Positions 49,474 to 64,000 of a stretch of DNA of 64,000 nucleotides are shown here, in pieces. The notes under the pieces were generated by a model. That model was given only the letters and a program-made list of their open reading frames with translations, was not told the DNA's origin and made no database searches. The stretch is from Anaeromyxobacter sp. (GTDB lineage: Bacteria > Myxococcota > Myxococcia > Myxococcales > Anaeromyxobacteraceae): assembly GCA_049840735.1 (NCBI GenBank), contig JASGJN010000017.1:96001-160000 (forward strand). Direction: 5' to 3'. Position 1 is the first letter of the stretch; each line of letters begins with the position of its first letter. Both the position numbers and the translations under genes were made by a program.

Positions 49474-50490
49474 CTAGTCGATCGGTTTGAAAAGCCGGTC
49501 GAAGCGGAGCCCGCCGCCGGACACCTGCGGCCATCCGCCCGTGCCCCAGCTCCAGAAGACCACGGTGGCGCGGCCCCGGATCAGCTCGACCGGCACCTGC
49601 CAGCCGCCCAGGCCGCGGCTGTCGGCCGAGAGGTCGCGGTTGTCCCCCATGACGAAGACGTGCCCTTCCTTGACGACCTCGAAGGGCCCCTCCCGGGAGG
49701 CCAGCCGGGCCCTGCGACACTGGAGGACCTCGTAGCTGGCCACCCCGGCGCGCGCGCCGGAGCGCCAGCTCGCCTCGGCGTCCCCGGGCAGGTCCCCGGA
49801 GGGCGGGGCCAGCGGGCCGCGGGCCAGCGCCTCGTGGTAGCGGCGGCAGCGCTCGGAGAGCTCGGCGCCGGTCTCCTCGTTGCGCTCGGCGTACGCGTAC
49901 TCCGGCCCGGGGGTGCGCGGCTGCGGCACGCCGTTGACCAGCAGCACCTGCTCGCGCAGCTCGATCACGTCGCCTGGCACGCCCACCACGCGCTTGACGT
50001 AGTCGTTGCCCGGGTCGCGCGGGCCGTCGAAGACGACCACGTCCCCGCGGCGCGGCGCGCCGGTGTCGGCCAGCGTCAGGCGCGTGAACGGCACGCGCAG
50101 CGTGTAGGCCGGTTTGTAGACCAGGATCAGGTCGCCGGGGACCAGGGTCGGGGCCATGGAGCCGGAGGGGATGTGGAAGCCCTCCAGCACGAAGCCGCGG
50201 ACCAGCAGCGCCAGCAGGGCAGCGGAGAGCGTCAGCTCCAGGATCTCGCGCCAGGCCGGCTTCTCGCGCCGGGTCAGGTGCTCGTCCCAGAGCGCGTCCA
50301 GCCGCTCCACCGCGCCGGCCAGCTTCGGCCCGTCGGCCGCCTCCGCCGCCGCCTCGACCTCCTCGGCGGCCCGGTCGATGGCCTCGCGGTCGGGGCCGAG
50401 CGCGCGGCGGTGGCGGCGCGCCATGCGGCGCGCCTGCCGGGCGAACCGCAGCGCGTCGCGCCGCGAGCGGTCCAGGCCGCCGCGCCCCAC
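49474..50490 (-). CDS. lepB: Signal peptidase I
   Basis: IPSGSMAPTL, YVKRVVGVPGD, MGDNRDLSADSR. Confidence 0.93.
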   Translation of the reverse strand: MGRGGLDRSRRDALRFARQARRMARRHRRALGPDREAIDRAAEEVEAAAEAADGPKLAGAVERLDALWDEHLTRREKPAWREILELTLSAALLALLVRGFVLEGFHIPSGSMAPTLVPGDLILVYKPAYTLRVPFTRLTLADTGAPRRGDVVVFDGPRDPGNDYVKRVVGVPGDVIELREQVLLVNGVPQPRTPGPEYAYAERNEETGAELSERCRRYHEALARGPLAPPSGDLPGDAEASWRSGARAGVASYEVLQCRRARLASREGPFEVVKEGHVFVMGDNRDLSADSRGLGGWQVPVELIRGRATVVFWSWGTGGWPQVSGGGLRFDRLFKPID

Positions 50491-50494
50491 CCGC

Positions 50495-52300
50495 CTACTC
50501 CTCCACCTTGAGGACGGCCAGGAACGCCTCCTGCGGGATCTCCACCGAGCCCACCTGCTTCATGCGCTTCTTGCCCTCCTTCTGCTTCTCGAGGAGCTTG
50601 CGCTTGCGGCTGATGTCGCCGCCGTAGCACTTGGCGAGCACGTTCTTGCGGAAGGCCTTGACCGTCTCGCGGGAGATGATCTTGGCGCCGATGGCCGCCT
50701 GGATGGCCACCTCGTACATCTGCTTCGGGATCACCTCGCGCAGCTTGGCGCAGAGGTCGCGGCCGCGCTGGTACGCGCGCTCGCGGTGGACGATCACCGA
50801 CAGCGCGTCCACCGGCTCGCCGTTGATGAGGATGTCCAGCTTGACCAGGTCCGCCTCCTCGTAGCCCTTGAGCTCGTAGTCGAGCGAGGCGTAGCCGCGG
50901 GAGACGCTCTTCAGCCGGTCGAAGAAGTCGAACACCACCTCGGCCAGCGGGATGTCGTAGGTGATCTGGACCCGGGTCGTGCCGGTGTACTTCAGGTCCT
51001 TCTGGATGCCGCGCCGCTCCTGGCAGAGCTTCAGGATGGCGCCCACGTCCTCGGTGCGCGCGTGGATGTGGCAGGTGAGGTGCGGCTCCTCCAGCTTGGC
51101 GATCTTCTGCACCGGCGGCAGCTTGGCCGGGTTGTCGATCTCCTCCACGCTCCCGCTGGTGTCGGTGATCCGGTAGACCACCGAGGGCGCCGTGGTGATG
51201 AGCGCCAGCCCGTACTCGCGCTCCAGCCGCTCCTGGACGATCTCCATGTGCAGGAGCCCCAGGTAGCCGCAGCGGAAGCCGAAGCCCAGGGCCTGGGAGG
51301 TCTCCGGCTCGTAGGTGAAGGCGGAGTCGTTGAGCGACAGCTTCTCCAGCGCGTCGCGGAGCTGGTCGTAGTCCTTGGCCTCGATGGGGAAGACGCCGGA
51401 GAAGACCATGGGCTTCACGACCTTGAAGCCGGGGAACGGCTCGGGCGTGGGGCGGTCGGCCTCGGTGATGGTGTCGCCCACCTTGGCGTCGTGGACGTCC
51501 TTCACGTTGGCGATGACCACGCCCACCTCGCCGGCCTGCAGCTCGGACACGCCCTTGGCGAAGGGCGCGAACACGCCCAGCTCCTGGACCTCGAACTCGC
51601 GCCGGTTGGACCAGAGCATGATCTTGCGCCTGGGCTTGAGCGTGCCCTCGAAGACGCGGACCAGCATCACCACGCCGCGGTACGAGTCGTACCACGAGTC
51701 GAAGACGATGGCCTTGAGCGGGGCGGCAGGGTCGCCGGACGGCGGCGGCACCTTGGCCACGATCTGCTCGAGGATGTCGCCGATGCCGATCCCCTCCTTG
51801 GCGGACGCGGGGACGGCGTCGTCGGCCGGCAGCCCGATGACCTCCTCGATCTCCTTGCGCACCGCCGGCACGTCGGCGCTGGGCAGGTCGATCTTGTTGA
51901 TGACCGGGACGATCTCGAGGTCGTGATCGAGCGCCTGGTAGACGTTGGCCAGCGTCTGCGCCTCGACGCCCTGGGTGGCGTCGACCACCAGGACGGCCCC
52001 TTCGCAGGCGGCCAGCGAGCGCGAGACCTCGTAGGCGAAGTCCACGTGCCCGGGGGTGTCGATCAGGTTGAGCTCGTAGTCCCTGCCGTCCTTGGCGCGG
52101 TAGCTCATCCGCACCGTCTGGGCCTTGATGGTGATCCCGCGCTCGCGCTCCAGCTCCATGTTGTCGAGGAACTGGGCCTGCGCCTCCCGCTTGCTCACCG
52201 TCCCGGTGTGCTCGAGCAGTCGATCGGCGAGCGTGGACTTGCCGTGATCGATGTGGGCGATGATCGAGAAGTTGCGGATGTGCGAGTTGTTTTCGGCCAT
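50495..52300 (-). CDS. lepA: Elongation factor 4
   Basis: [42 protein letters not shown]. Confidence 0.97.
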   Translation of the reverse strand: MAENNSHIRNFSIIAHIDHGKSTLADRLLEHTGTVSKREAQAQFLDNMELERERGITIKAQTVRMSYRAKDGRDYELNLIDTPGHVDFAYEVSRSLAACEGAVLVVDATQGVEAQTLANVYQALDHDLEIVPVINKIDLPSADVPAVRKEIEEVIGLPADDAVPASAKEGIGIGDILEQIVAKVPPPSGDPAAPLKAIVFDSWYDSYRGVVMLVRVFEGTLKPRRKIMLWSNRREFEVQELGVFAPFAKGVSELQAGEVGVVIANVKDVHDAKVGDTITEADRPTPEPFPGFKVVKPMVFSGVFPIEAKDYDQLRDALEKLSLNDSAFTYEPETSQALGFGFRCGYLGLLHMEIVQERLEREYGLALITTAPSVVYRITDTSGSVEEIDNPAKLPPVQKIAKLEEPHLTCHIHARTEDVGAILKLCQERRGIQKDLKYTGTTRVQITYDIPLAEVVFDFFDRLKSVSRGYASLDYELKGYEEADLVKLDILINGEPVDALSVIVHRERAYQRGRDLCAKLREVIPKQMYEVAIQAAIGAKIISRETVKAFRKNVLAKCYGGDISRKRKLLEKQKEGKKRMKQVGSVEIPQEAFLAVLKVEE

Positions 52301-52475
52301 TCGGGCTCGGGGCTTTTAACACGCGCGAACCGGTGCAGCCATGCCCGCCCTGCCGCGCCTCTTCTTGCGAGTGATATCTCGCCTGGCATGCGAACGACTC
52401 TCAGTATGGCCGGCCGGGCCTCACGCATGCGGGCGTGACTGTCAAGCAGGCCCCCGATTGTCCGCACCCCAAGAT

Positions 52476-52523
52476 TATCAGCAGGTTGTGTGGCCACTGG
52501 GTGCGCCCCACAATACGTTGTGG
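52476..52523 (+). promoter_or_regulatory. Tandem NrdR boxes upstream of nrdJ
   Basis: Palindromic CCACAATACGTTGTGG (52508-52523) and weaker TATCAGCAGGTTGTGT (52476-52491), 32 bp apart. Resembles the acaCwAtATaTwGtg consensus and its usual spacing. Confidence 0.75.
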
Positions 52524-52531
52524 TTGCACTG

Positions 52532-52559
52532 TTGACACCGCACGGCCGCTTGGTAGAGT
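52532..52559 (+). promoter_or_regulatory. Sigma70-type promoter of nrdJ
   Basis: TTGACA-N16-TAGAGT with extended TGn, immediately after the NrdR boxes. Confidence 0.7.
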
Positions 52560-52831
52560 GCGACCTCGCTTTCGGGTGGAGGTCTTGGGCGGCGGGAGGT
52601 GGCGGGATGTACGGGAGAATTGCGACATCCGGGGTAGCAGCAGCACGGGGAAGTCTCTCGCCGACGCGGGTCACGCGTCGGCTCACTGTCAGATCCGCTC
52701 GGTAATCCTCCGGCACTGAACGCGGGCCGGCCGGAGGCACGTTCATGGTTGAGCGCGAGTCTCATCGCGCTCGGCAGGGGTAGTCATTTGCTCGCGCATT
52801 CCCTTGGAAGGATGCGCGCAGGACGGGGTGC

Positions 52832-55594
<2,763 letters not shown>

Positions 55595-55597
55595 TTC

Positions 55598-55684
55598 GCC
55601 TCGCGGCCGCAGGCCGCGAGGCCGGCTTCGACGGCCCAGGTCCGACGCGGGCTCCTCCCCGCCCGGCCTGGGCCGGTCGAGGCC
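55598..55684 (+). terminator. Two GC-rich hairpins directly after the nrdJ stop (no U-tract)
   Basis: GCCTCGCGGCC-GCA-GGCCGCGAGGC (11-bp stem), then TCGAC-GGCCCAGG...CCTGGGCC-GGTCGA. Confidence 0.45.
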
Positions 55685-55780
55685 GCACAGGATGAAGGTC
55701 CCGGCGCCCGGGGCGAGCGATCGCTCCGGGCGTCGTGCATCCGGCGCTCGCGCCGGCCGCCGCCAGGGTATCCTCGAGAC

Positions 55781-56107
55781 ATGGAGCCGATCATGCCGGC
55801 GTCCCCGCAGGACGCGGCCGAGCCCACCTTCGAGCGGGAACCGCGCGGGCGCGGCCTGACCGCGCTCGCGCTCTGGACGGCGATCGGGCTCATCGCGCCA
55901 CTGTCCCCCACGGTCGAGTCCCTGCACGGCTACCTCCTCTCGCTCCCGGCCACGCTGGCGCTGGCGTTCATCTGCGCGATCCACCTCACCCGGCTCTCCC
56001 GCGCCGCGAAGTGGTGCTGGTACGTCGCGGCCGGAGTGGTCGCGGCCACGTGGGTGGCGATCGCCCTCCTGCGCGCCCTGCTCGACCCCTGGCTGCGGTA
56101 CCTGTGA
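55781..56107 (+). CDS. Small membrane protein, hypothetical
   Basis: About three hydrophobic segments. Confidence 0.65.
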   Translation: MEPIMPASPQDAAEPTFEREPRGRGLTALALWTAIGLIAPLSPTVESLHGYLLSLPATLALAFICAIHLTRLSRAAKWCWYVAAGVVAATWVAIALLRALLDPWLRYL

Positions 56108-56197
56108 AGCGCCGCGGCGCCTTCTGACAGGCGCCCTCCCACCCCGCCCGGCCCTCCGTCTCTTCGGCGATCCGGGCCGGCCTGCTAACATCCAGGC

Positions 56198-56704
56198 ATG
56201 TCGCCTCCAGGCGAGAGCCGGCCCCCCAGCCGCGAGCCCGAGATCCCGGACCCGGCGCCGGAGCCGTCCGCCTTCGAGCTGCCCACCGAGCCGCCGCCCG
56301 GCTTCGAGCCGCGGCTGCAGGGGGACGAGCCGCCGCCTGGCGATGTGGCCGCGGTCGAAGAGGACGACGACCTCATCGACGAGACGGACGAGGACGACGG
56401 ACCCGAGGCGACCGCCGCGCCCGACTCCGCCCCCACCCCCTCCACAGCGCGCCCGTCCCACACCGCCGTCCGGCTCCTCTGGGCCGGCCTCGCGGCCGCC
56501 GCGCTCCTCTGCCTCACCGCCCTCTCGCTGCGCGACCTGCCCGCCGTGCTGTTGCTCACGCTCATCGCGGCCGCAGGCGCCGGACTGGCCGCGAGCCCCG
56601 CGCCGACCTGGCTGAAGGTGCTGCTCCTGGGGCTGCTGTCCGTGTTCGCCGTGCTGCTGGCCGTCCTGCTGGCGGCGACCGCGGTGCTCCGGTTGGCCGG
56701 CTGA
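56198..56704 (+). CDS. Membrane protein with an acidic, Pro-rich N-terminus, hypothetical
   Basis: Disordered E/D/P-rich first half followed by about three TM segments. Confidence 0.65.
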   Translation: MSPPGESRPPSREPEIPDPAPEPSAFELPTEPPPGFEPRLQGDEPPPGDVAAVEEDDDLIDETDEDDGPEATAAPDSAPTPSTARPSHTAVRLLWAGLAAAALLCLTALSLRDLPAVLLLTLIAAAGAGLAASPAPTWLKVLLLGLLSVFAVLLAVLLAATAVLRLAG

Positions 56705-57070
56705 TCCGGAGACCGCCAGGCCCCCCGAAGAGACATCGTCACACCTAGTCAACCACGAGCGCAGCGCACCCCTCTTGGACTATCGCCGGCGAGAGTGAAC
56801 CCGGGTCGCCACGAAAGGAGGGGACAGCAGCCACTTCGCCCGGCACAGCGAACTGCAGCAAATCCCGGCGCCTCCGGCCGGACGAAGCCGATGGCTTCGG
56901 TCGCCGCGAGCCGCCGCGACCACCTCCTCATCCACCTCGTTCTCCGGCGGCAGCCGCCCCAGGCCCAGCTTCAACTCGGCCAGCCAGCGCCGGCGACGCG
57001 GGCCTCCAGCCCGAGCCAGGCGGAATCCGGGAGCGTCGGCCCACCCTCCTCCGCCTTCCCGCGCCGCGAC

Positions 57071-60936
<3,866 letters not shown>

Positions 60937-60937
<1 letters not shown>

Positions 60938-62598
60938 CAGTCGAAGAACCCGTGGAGGTAGAGGCGGCCGTCGGCCGCGTCGCGGAACACCCAGCAGTCG
61001 CCCAGCCCGTCCAGCAGGATCCGGTAGTAGTCGCAATCGAACCGCTCCGACCACCACTCGCCGGAGAGCCGCTCCGGCCCCTCGAAGCGGAGCACGGCGC
61101 GATCGCGCCCGCCCACGCGCAGCGCGGTGAGCCGGCCGCCCTCCCCCTCCGCCACCACCGGCTCCGGCGCCTGCAGCAGGCGCGTGGGACGGCCCGCGGA
61201 CGCGAGGGCGGCAGCGCCTCCCGCCCCGCCCTCGCGCCGCGGCCCCAGCCCCGGCAGCACGCCGGGCCCTGGCGCTCGCGCCCCGTCGCGCCCCGCGCTC
61301 CGCCCCGGCGGCCGGAAAGCCACCGGCCGGTAGGCGCCCTCCGGCCGGTAGCGCTCCACCGGCTCGGCCGCGAAGAGCGCCCCGTCGCCCAGCCGCGCCG
61401 AGAGCCGGGCCAGCACGCCCTCGAGCGCGGCCAGCGCCTCCGGCCGATCGCCGAAGGCCAGCTGCTCGACCCCCACCACCGCCACCTCGACCGCCAGGAG
61501 CCGCAGGCCCACCACCGCCGCCGGCAGGCGCAGCGAGAAGAGGTGCTCCTTGAGCGGCGCCAGCCAGCGCGCCGCCGCGGCCGTGGGCGCCGCCAGCGGC
61601 AGGTCGATCCGCTCCTCGCCGCGCGGATCGAGCTTCAGCACCAGCCGCAGCCGGCTCGCGCCCAGCCCGCGCCCGGCCAGCCGCGAGGCCACGCGGTCCG
61701 CCAGCCGCTTGAGCGCGAACAGCAGCGGCTCCGCCGCCTCGGCCGGCCCCTCCAGCTCGAGGGCCTCCTCCGGCAGCGTCTGCGGGACGTAGGGCACCAG
61801 CGGCGAGGGATCCTCCGCGCGCGCCAGCCGCGCCGCCGCCACGCCCTCCTGGCCGAAGCGGTGGGCCAGCGTCCCCTCCGGCAGCCGCGCCAGCGCGCCC
61901 GCGTCATCGAGCCCGAGCGCCGCCAGCCGGGCCACCACCGCCGGCGGGAGCCCCAGCGCCGCGGGCGGCAGCGCGGCCAGCGCCGCCGCGGTGCCGCCCG
62001 GCGCCACCCGCAGGATCCGCCCGCCACCGCTCCCCCTGGCCTTCGACTCCGCCTGCCCTGGGGTTGCCGGGCCGGACGGAGCCAGCGCCACCTGCCCCGC
62101 CAGCGCCCGCGCCGGCGCCCGCCCATCGGCCAGCGCCGCGACGGCCGCGTAGCCCATCTCCGCCACCGCGGCCAGCGCCCGCTCCGCCAGCAGCTGCTCC
62201 CCCGCCGCCCGGGCGTCGGCCCCGCCCTCCGCCCGGCGACCCGCCAGCACGTGGGCCGCGCCGGCGTCCAGCAGCAGCGCGTCCGGCAAGGCGACCTCCA
62301 CCGCCGGCGCCAGCCCGAGCAGCACCTCCGCCAGCGCCCGGAGCGCCGCGCGGTCGGCCTGCCGGTCGGCCTGCACGGTGGCGAGCCGGCCACAGGCCGC
62401 GTGCGCCTCCGCCGCGCTCATGCCGCGCCGCACCCCCGCCGCCCGGGCGGCGGCGTCGCAGCAGAGCACGCGGCCGTCCTCCAGCACCGCCAGCCCCTCG
62501 CCCGGCGCCTCCTCGCGCGCCCGGCCACGCAGCAGCCGCTGCAGCGCCAGGTCGGGCAGGTGCAGGGCCAGCACGCGCGGCGTCCGCTCAGGCCGCAT
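60937..62598 (-). CDS. imuB: ImuB, inactive Y-family polymerase-like mutasome subunit
   Basis: ALHLPDLALQR, AARAAGVRRGM, GPERLSGEWW...DYY...LHGFFD; coupled to dnaE2 by TGATG. Confidence 0.9.
62038..62060 (+). repeat. Partial REP-like element, copy G (inside imuB)
   Basis: TTCGACTCCGCCTGCCCTG is the reverse complement of 30700-30718 in nested copy E. Confidence 0.65.
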
Positions 62599-63265
62599 GG
62601 CCCGCCCTCCTCGACGCCACCGGGACCAGGTGGCCCAGCCGCCGCTCCGGCCCCAGCTCCACCCGCGCCGCGGCCGGGACGCGCAGCCGCCCGCCCGGCC
62701 GCGACAGCCACACGCCCACCGCGCCGCCCTTCTCCGCCGCGGCCTGCAGCCGCCGGGCCGCCGCGTCCCAGCCGCGCGCCACCTCGGCCTGCGGCGCGTC
62801 GATGACCACCGCCGCGAACGCACCCGAGGCCAGCAGCGCCTCCGCAGCCCAGAGCGCCCGCGCCGGCCCTGGGGCCTCACTCGCCGTGCGCCGTCCGTCC
62901 GTGGTGGGCGCAGGACCGGCGGCGGCGCCGGAGTCGAACCACGGCCGGACGATGAGCAGCCGCGCCAGGTCCACCCCCATGGCCTCGGCCGCGGGCGGAT
63001 AGAGCTCGCCGCGCGCGTCCACCCATGCCGCCAGCGCGTCGGGCGGCAGGCCGGCCAGGAGGCGCAGCGCCACGCCGGTCTTCCCGCTGGCCGGGCCGCC
63101 CGTCAGCTCGGAGAGCGCGCCGCGCGGGAAGCCGCCGCCGGGCAGCGCGCCGTCCACCTCCGGCACGCCGCTCGGGACGTAGCCGTCGCGCCGCGCCGGC
63201 CGGTGCTCGATCTTCCGGATGGCGTCGCGCAGCTGCGCGATGACGAGGTGCTGTTCCTGCTCCAT
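62588..63265 (-). CDS. imuA: ImuA, RecA-like mutasome accessory protein
   Basis: SGVPEVDGALPGGGFPRGALSELTG, GKT, LYPP, ARRLQAAAE. Confidence 0.88.
   Translation of the reverse strand: MEQEQHLVIAQLRDAIRKIEHRPARRDGYVPSGVPEVDGALPGGGFPRGALSELTGGPASGKTGVALRLLAGLPPDALAAWVDARGELYPPAAEAMGVDLARLLIVRPWFDSGAAAGPAPTTDGRRTASEAPGPARALWAAEALLASGAFAAVVIDAPQAEVARGWDAAARRLQAAAEKGGAVGVWLSRPGGRLRVPAAARVELGPERRLGHLVPVASRRAGHAA
62895..62943 (-). repeat. Degenerate REP-like element, copy F (inside imuA)
   Basis: Minus strand: CGTGGT-TCGACTCC-(17 nt)-TGCGCCC-ACCACG-GACGG. Confidence 0.75.
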
Positions 63266-63294
63266 GGACCACGCGCTCCCCGGGGACAAGCTAG

Positions 63295-63311
63295 CTGCTC
63301 GGGTGTTCAGG
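63295..63311. promoter_or_regulatory. Putative LexA (SOS) box, Myxococcus type
   Basis: CTGCTCGGGTGTTCAGG matches CTRHAMRYBYGTTCAGS at 15/17 positions, 30 bp upstream of imuA. Confidence 0.65.
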
Positions 63312-63485
63312 TAGCAAGTCGGTCTGACAGGGCCGCGATTTCAGGGGGCGTCCCAGGGAGCGAGGGCCCAGGAGCGCGCCCGTGGGGTCACCCCGCTCCG
63401 GTTCCGGGCCGTTCCTACCCTTCCTCCTGACGAGCCCGGCGCGGGCCGGGCTCCGACCACCGAACCTCGAGGGAGGGAACACCAC

Positions 63486-64000
63486 ATGAAGCTGAAGCTC
63501 TATGGATGGGGAAAGATGGCGTCGCTGGGGCTCGCGGGGTTGCTCGCGGGCGCGCCGGCCGCGTTCGCGCAGTCCACCGCGAGCGACCAGACCAGCACCG
63601 GCTCGTCCTCCTCCGACACCACCGGCTCGTCCGGCGCCGGCAGCAGCAGCACCGGGTCGAGCGCCTCCGACACGGGCACCGGGTCGTCCTCGTCCGACAC
63701 CAGCAGCTCGAGCGGCACGGGCTCCTCGTCCTCCGGGATGAGCGGCTCCTCCGGCACCGGCTCGTCGTCATCCGACACCAGCAGCTCCACCGGCGGCACC
63801 GGCTCGTCCTCGTCCGACATGGGCGGCACGTCCGGCAGCAGCTCCTCCGGCACCGGCTCGTCGTCATCCGACACCAGCAGCTCCACCGGCGGCACCGGCT
63901 CGTCCTCGTCCGACATGAGCGGCACGTCCGGCAGCAGCTCCTCCGGCGCCGGCTCGTCCTCGGACACCGGCACCGGGTCCTCGGCCAGCAGCGGCATGGG
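63486..64000 (+). CDS. Secreted Ser/Gly/Thr-rich repeat protein, N-terminal part (runs off the window edge)
   Basis: GGAGGG RBS; MKLKLYGWGKMASLGLAGLLAGAPAAFA|QSTASD... signal peptide; open to the window end. Confidence 0.8.
   Translation, partial: MKLKLYGWGKMASLGLAGLLAGAPAAFAQSTASDQTSTGSSSSDTTGSSGAGSSSTGSSASDTGTGSSSSDTSSSSGTGSSSSGMSGSSGTGSSSSDTSSSTGGTGSSSSDMGGTSGSSSSGTGSSSSDTSSSTGGTGSSSSDMSGTSGSSSSGAGSSSDTGTGSSASSGM
63746..63947 (+). repeat. 96-bp tandem duplication within the Ser-rich gene
   Basis: Units start at 63746 and 63842 and are nearly identical (32 aa each). Confidence 0.85.

Noticed and set aside
52562..52831. Cobalamin riboswitch before nrdJ
   Set aside because: B12-box and core consensus are not recognisable by eye.
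56705..57070. Further HNH-repeat relic or small gene between convergent genes
   Set aside because: Only patchy similarity (CACTT...CAGCGAA) and short ORFs without coding signals.

Overview
Very GC-rich core-chromosome segment, probably from an Anaeromyxobacter-like member of Myxococcota (inferred from gene content, a myxobacterial-type LexA box and low-complexity protein tails). Almost all genes are on the minus strand. They include era (partial), two cyclophilins, rnc, meaB, a leucine/isovalerate (liu-type) cluster, thiC/cytX, eno, a degenerate glpX, hom, rlmN, ndk, the TCA block icd-mdh-sdhCAB-sucCD, a P-type ATPase, lepA-lepB-pyrR-pyrB-pyrC-carA, nrdJ with tandem NrdR boxes and a structured leader, and the imuA-imuB-dnaE2 mutasome cassette. 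The most unusual parts are: (1) a stand-alone HNH nuclease gene at 12.4-13.7 kb bracketed by an inverted repeat, with an upstream anti-repeat, a ~54-bp repeat-spacer mini-array, a palindromic element and a 22 x 12-bp G-rich VNTR; (2) a palindromic repeat family with invariant bulges and covarying stems, found between genes and inserted in-frame in imuA, imuB and dnaE2, where two copies flank a Gly-Ala microsatellite; (3) eight apparent frameshifts, all at or within about 4 bp of GATC, most likely modification-driven base-calling errors; (4) a GlpX homologue lacking its catalytic residues. All calls come from reading the sequence by eye; no searches were run.
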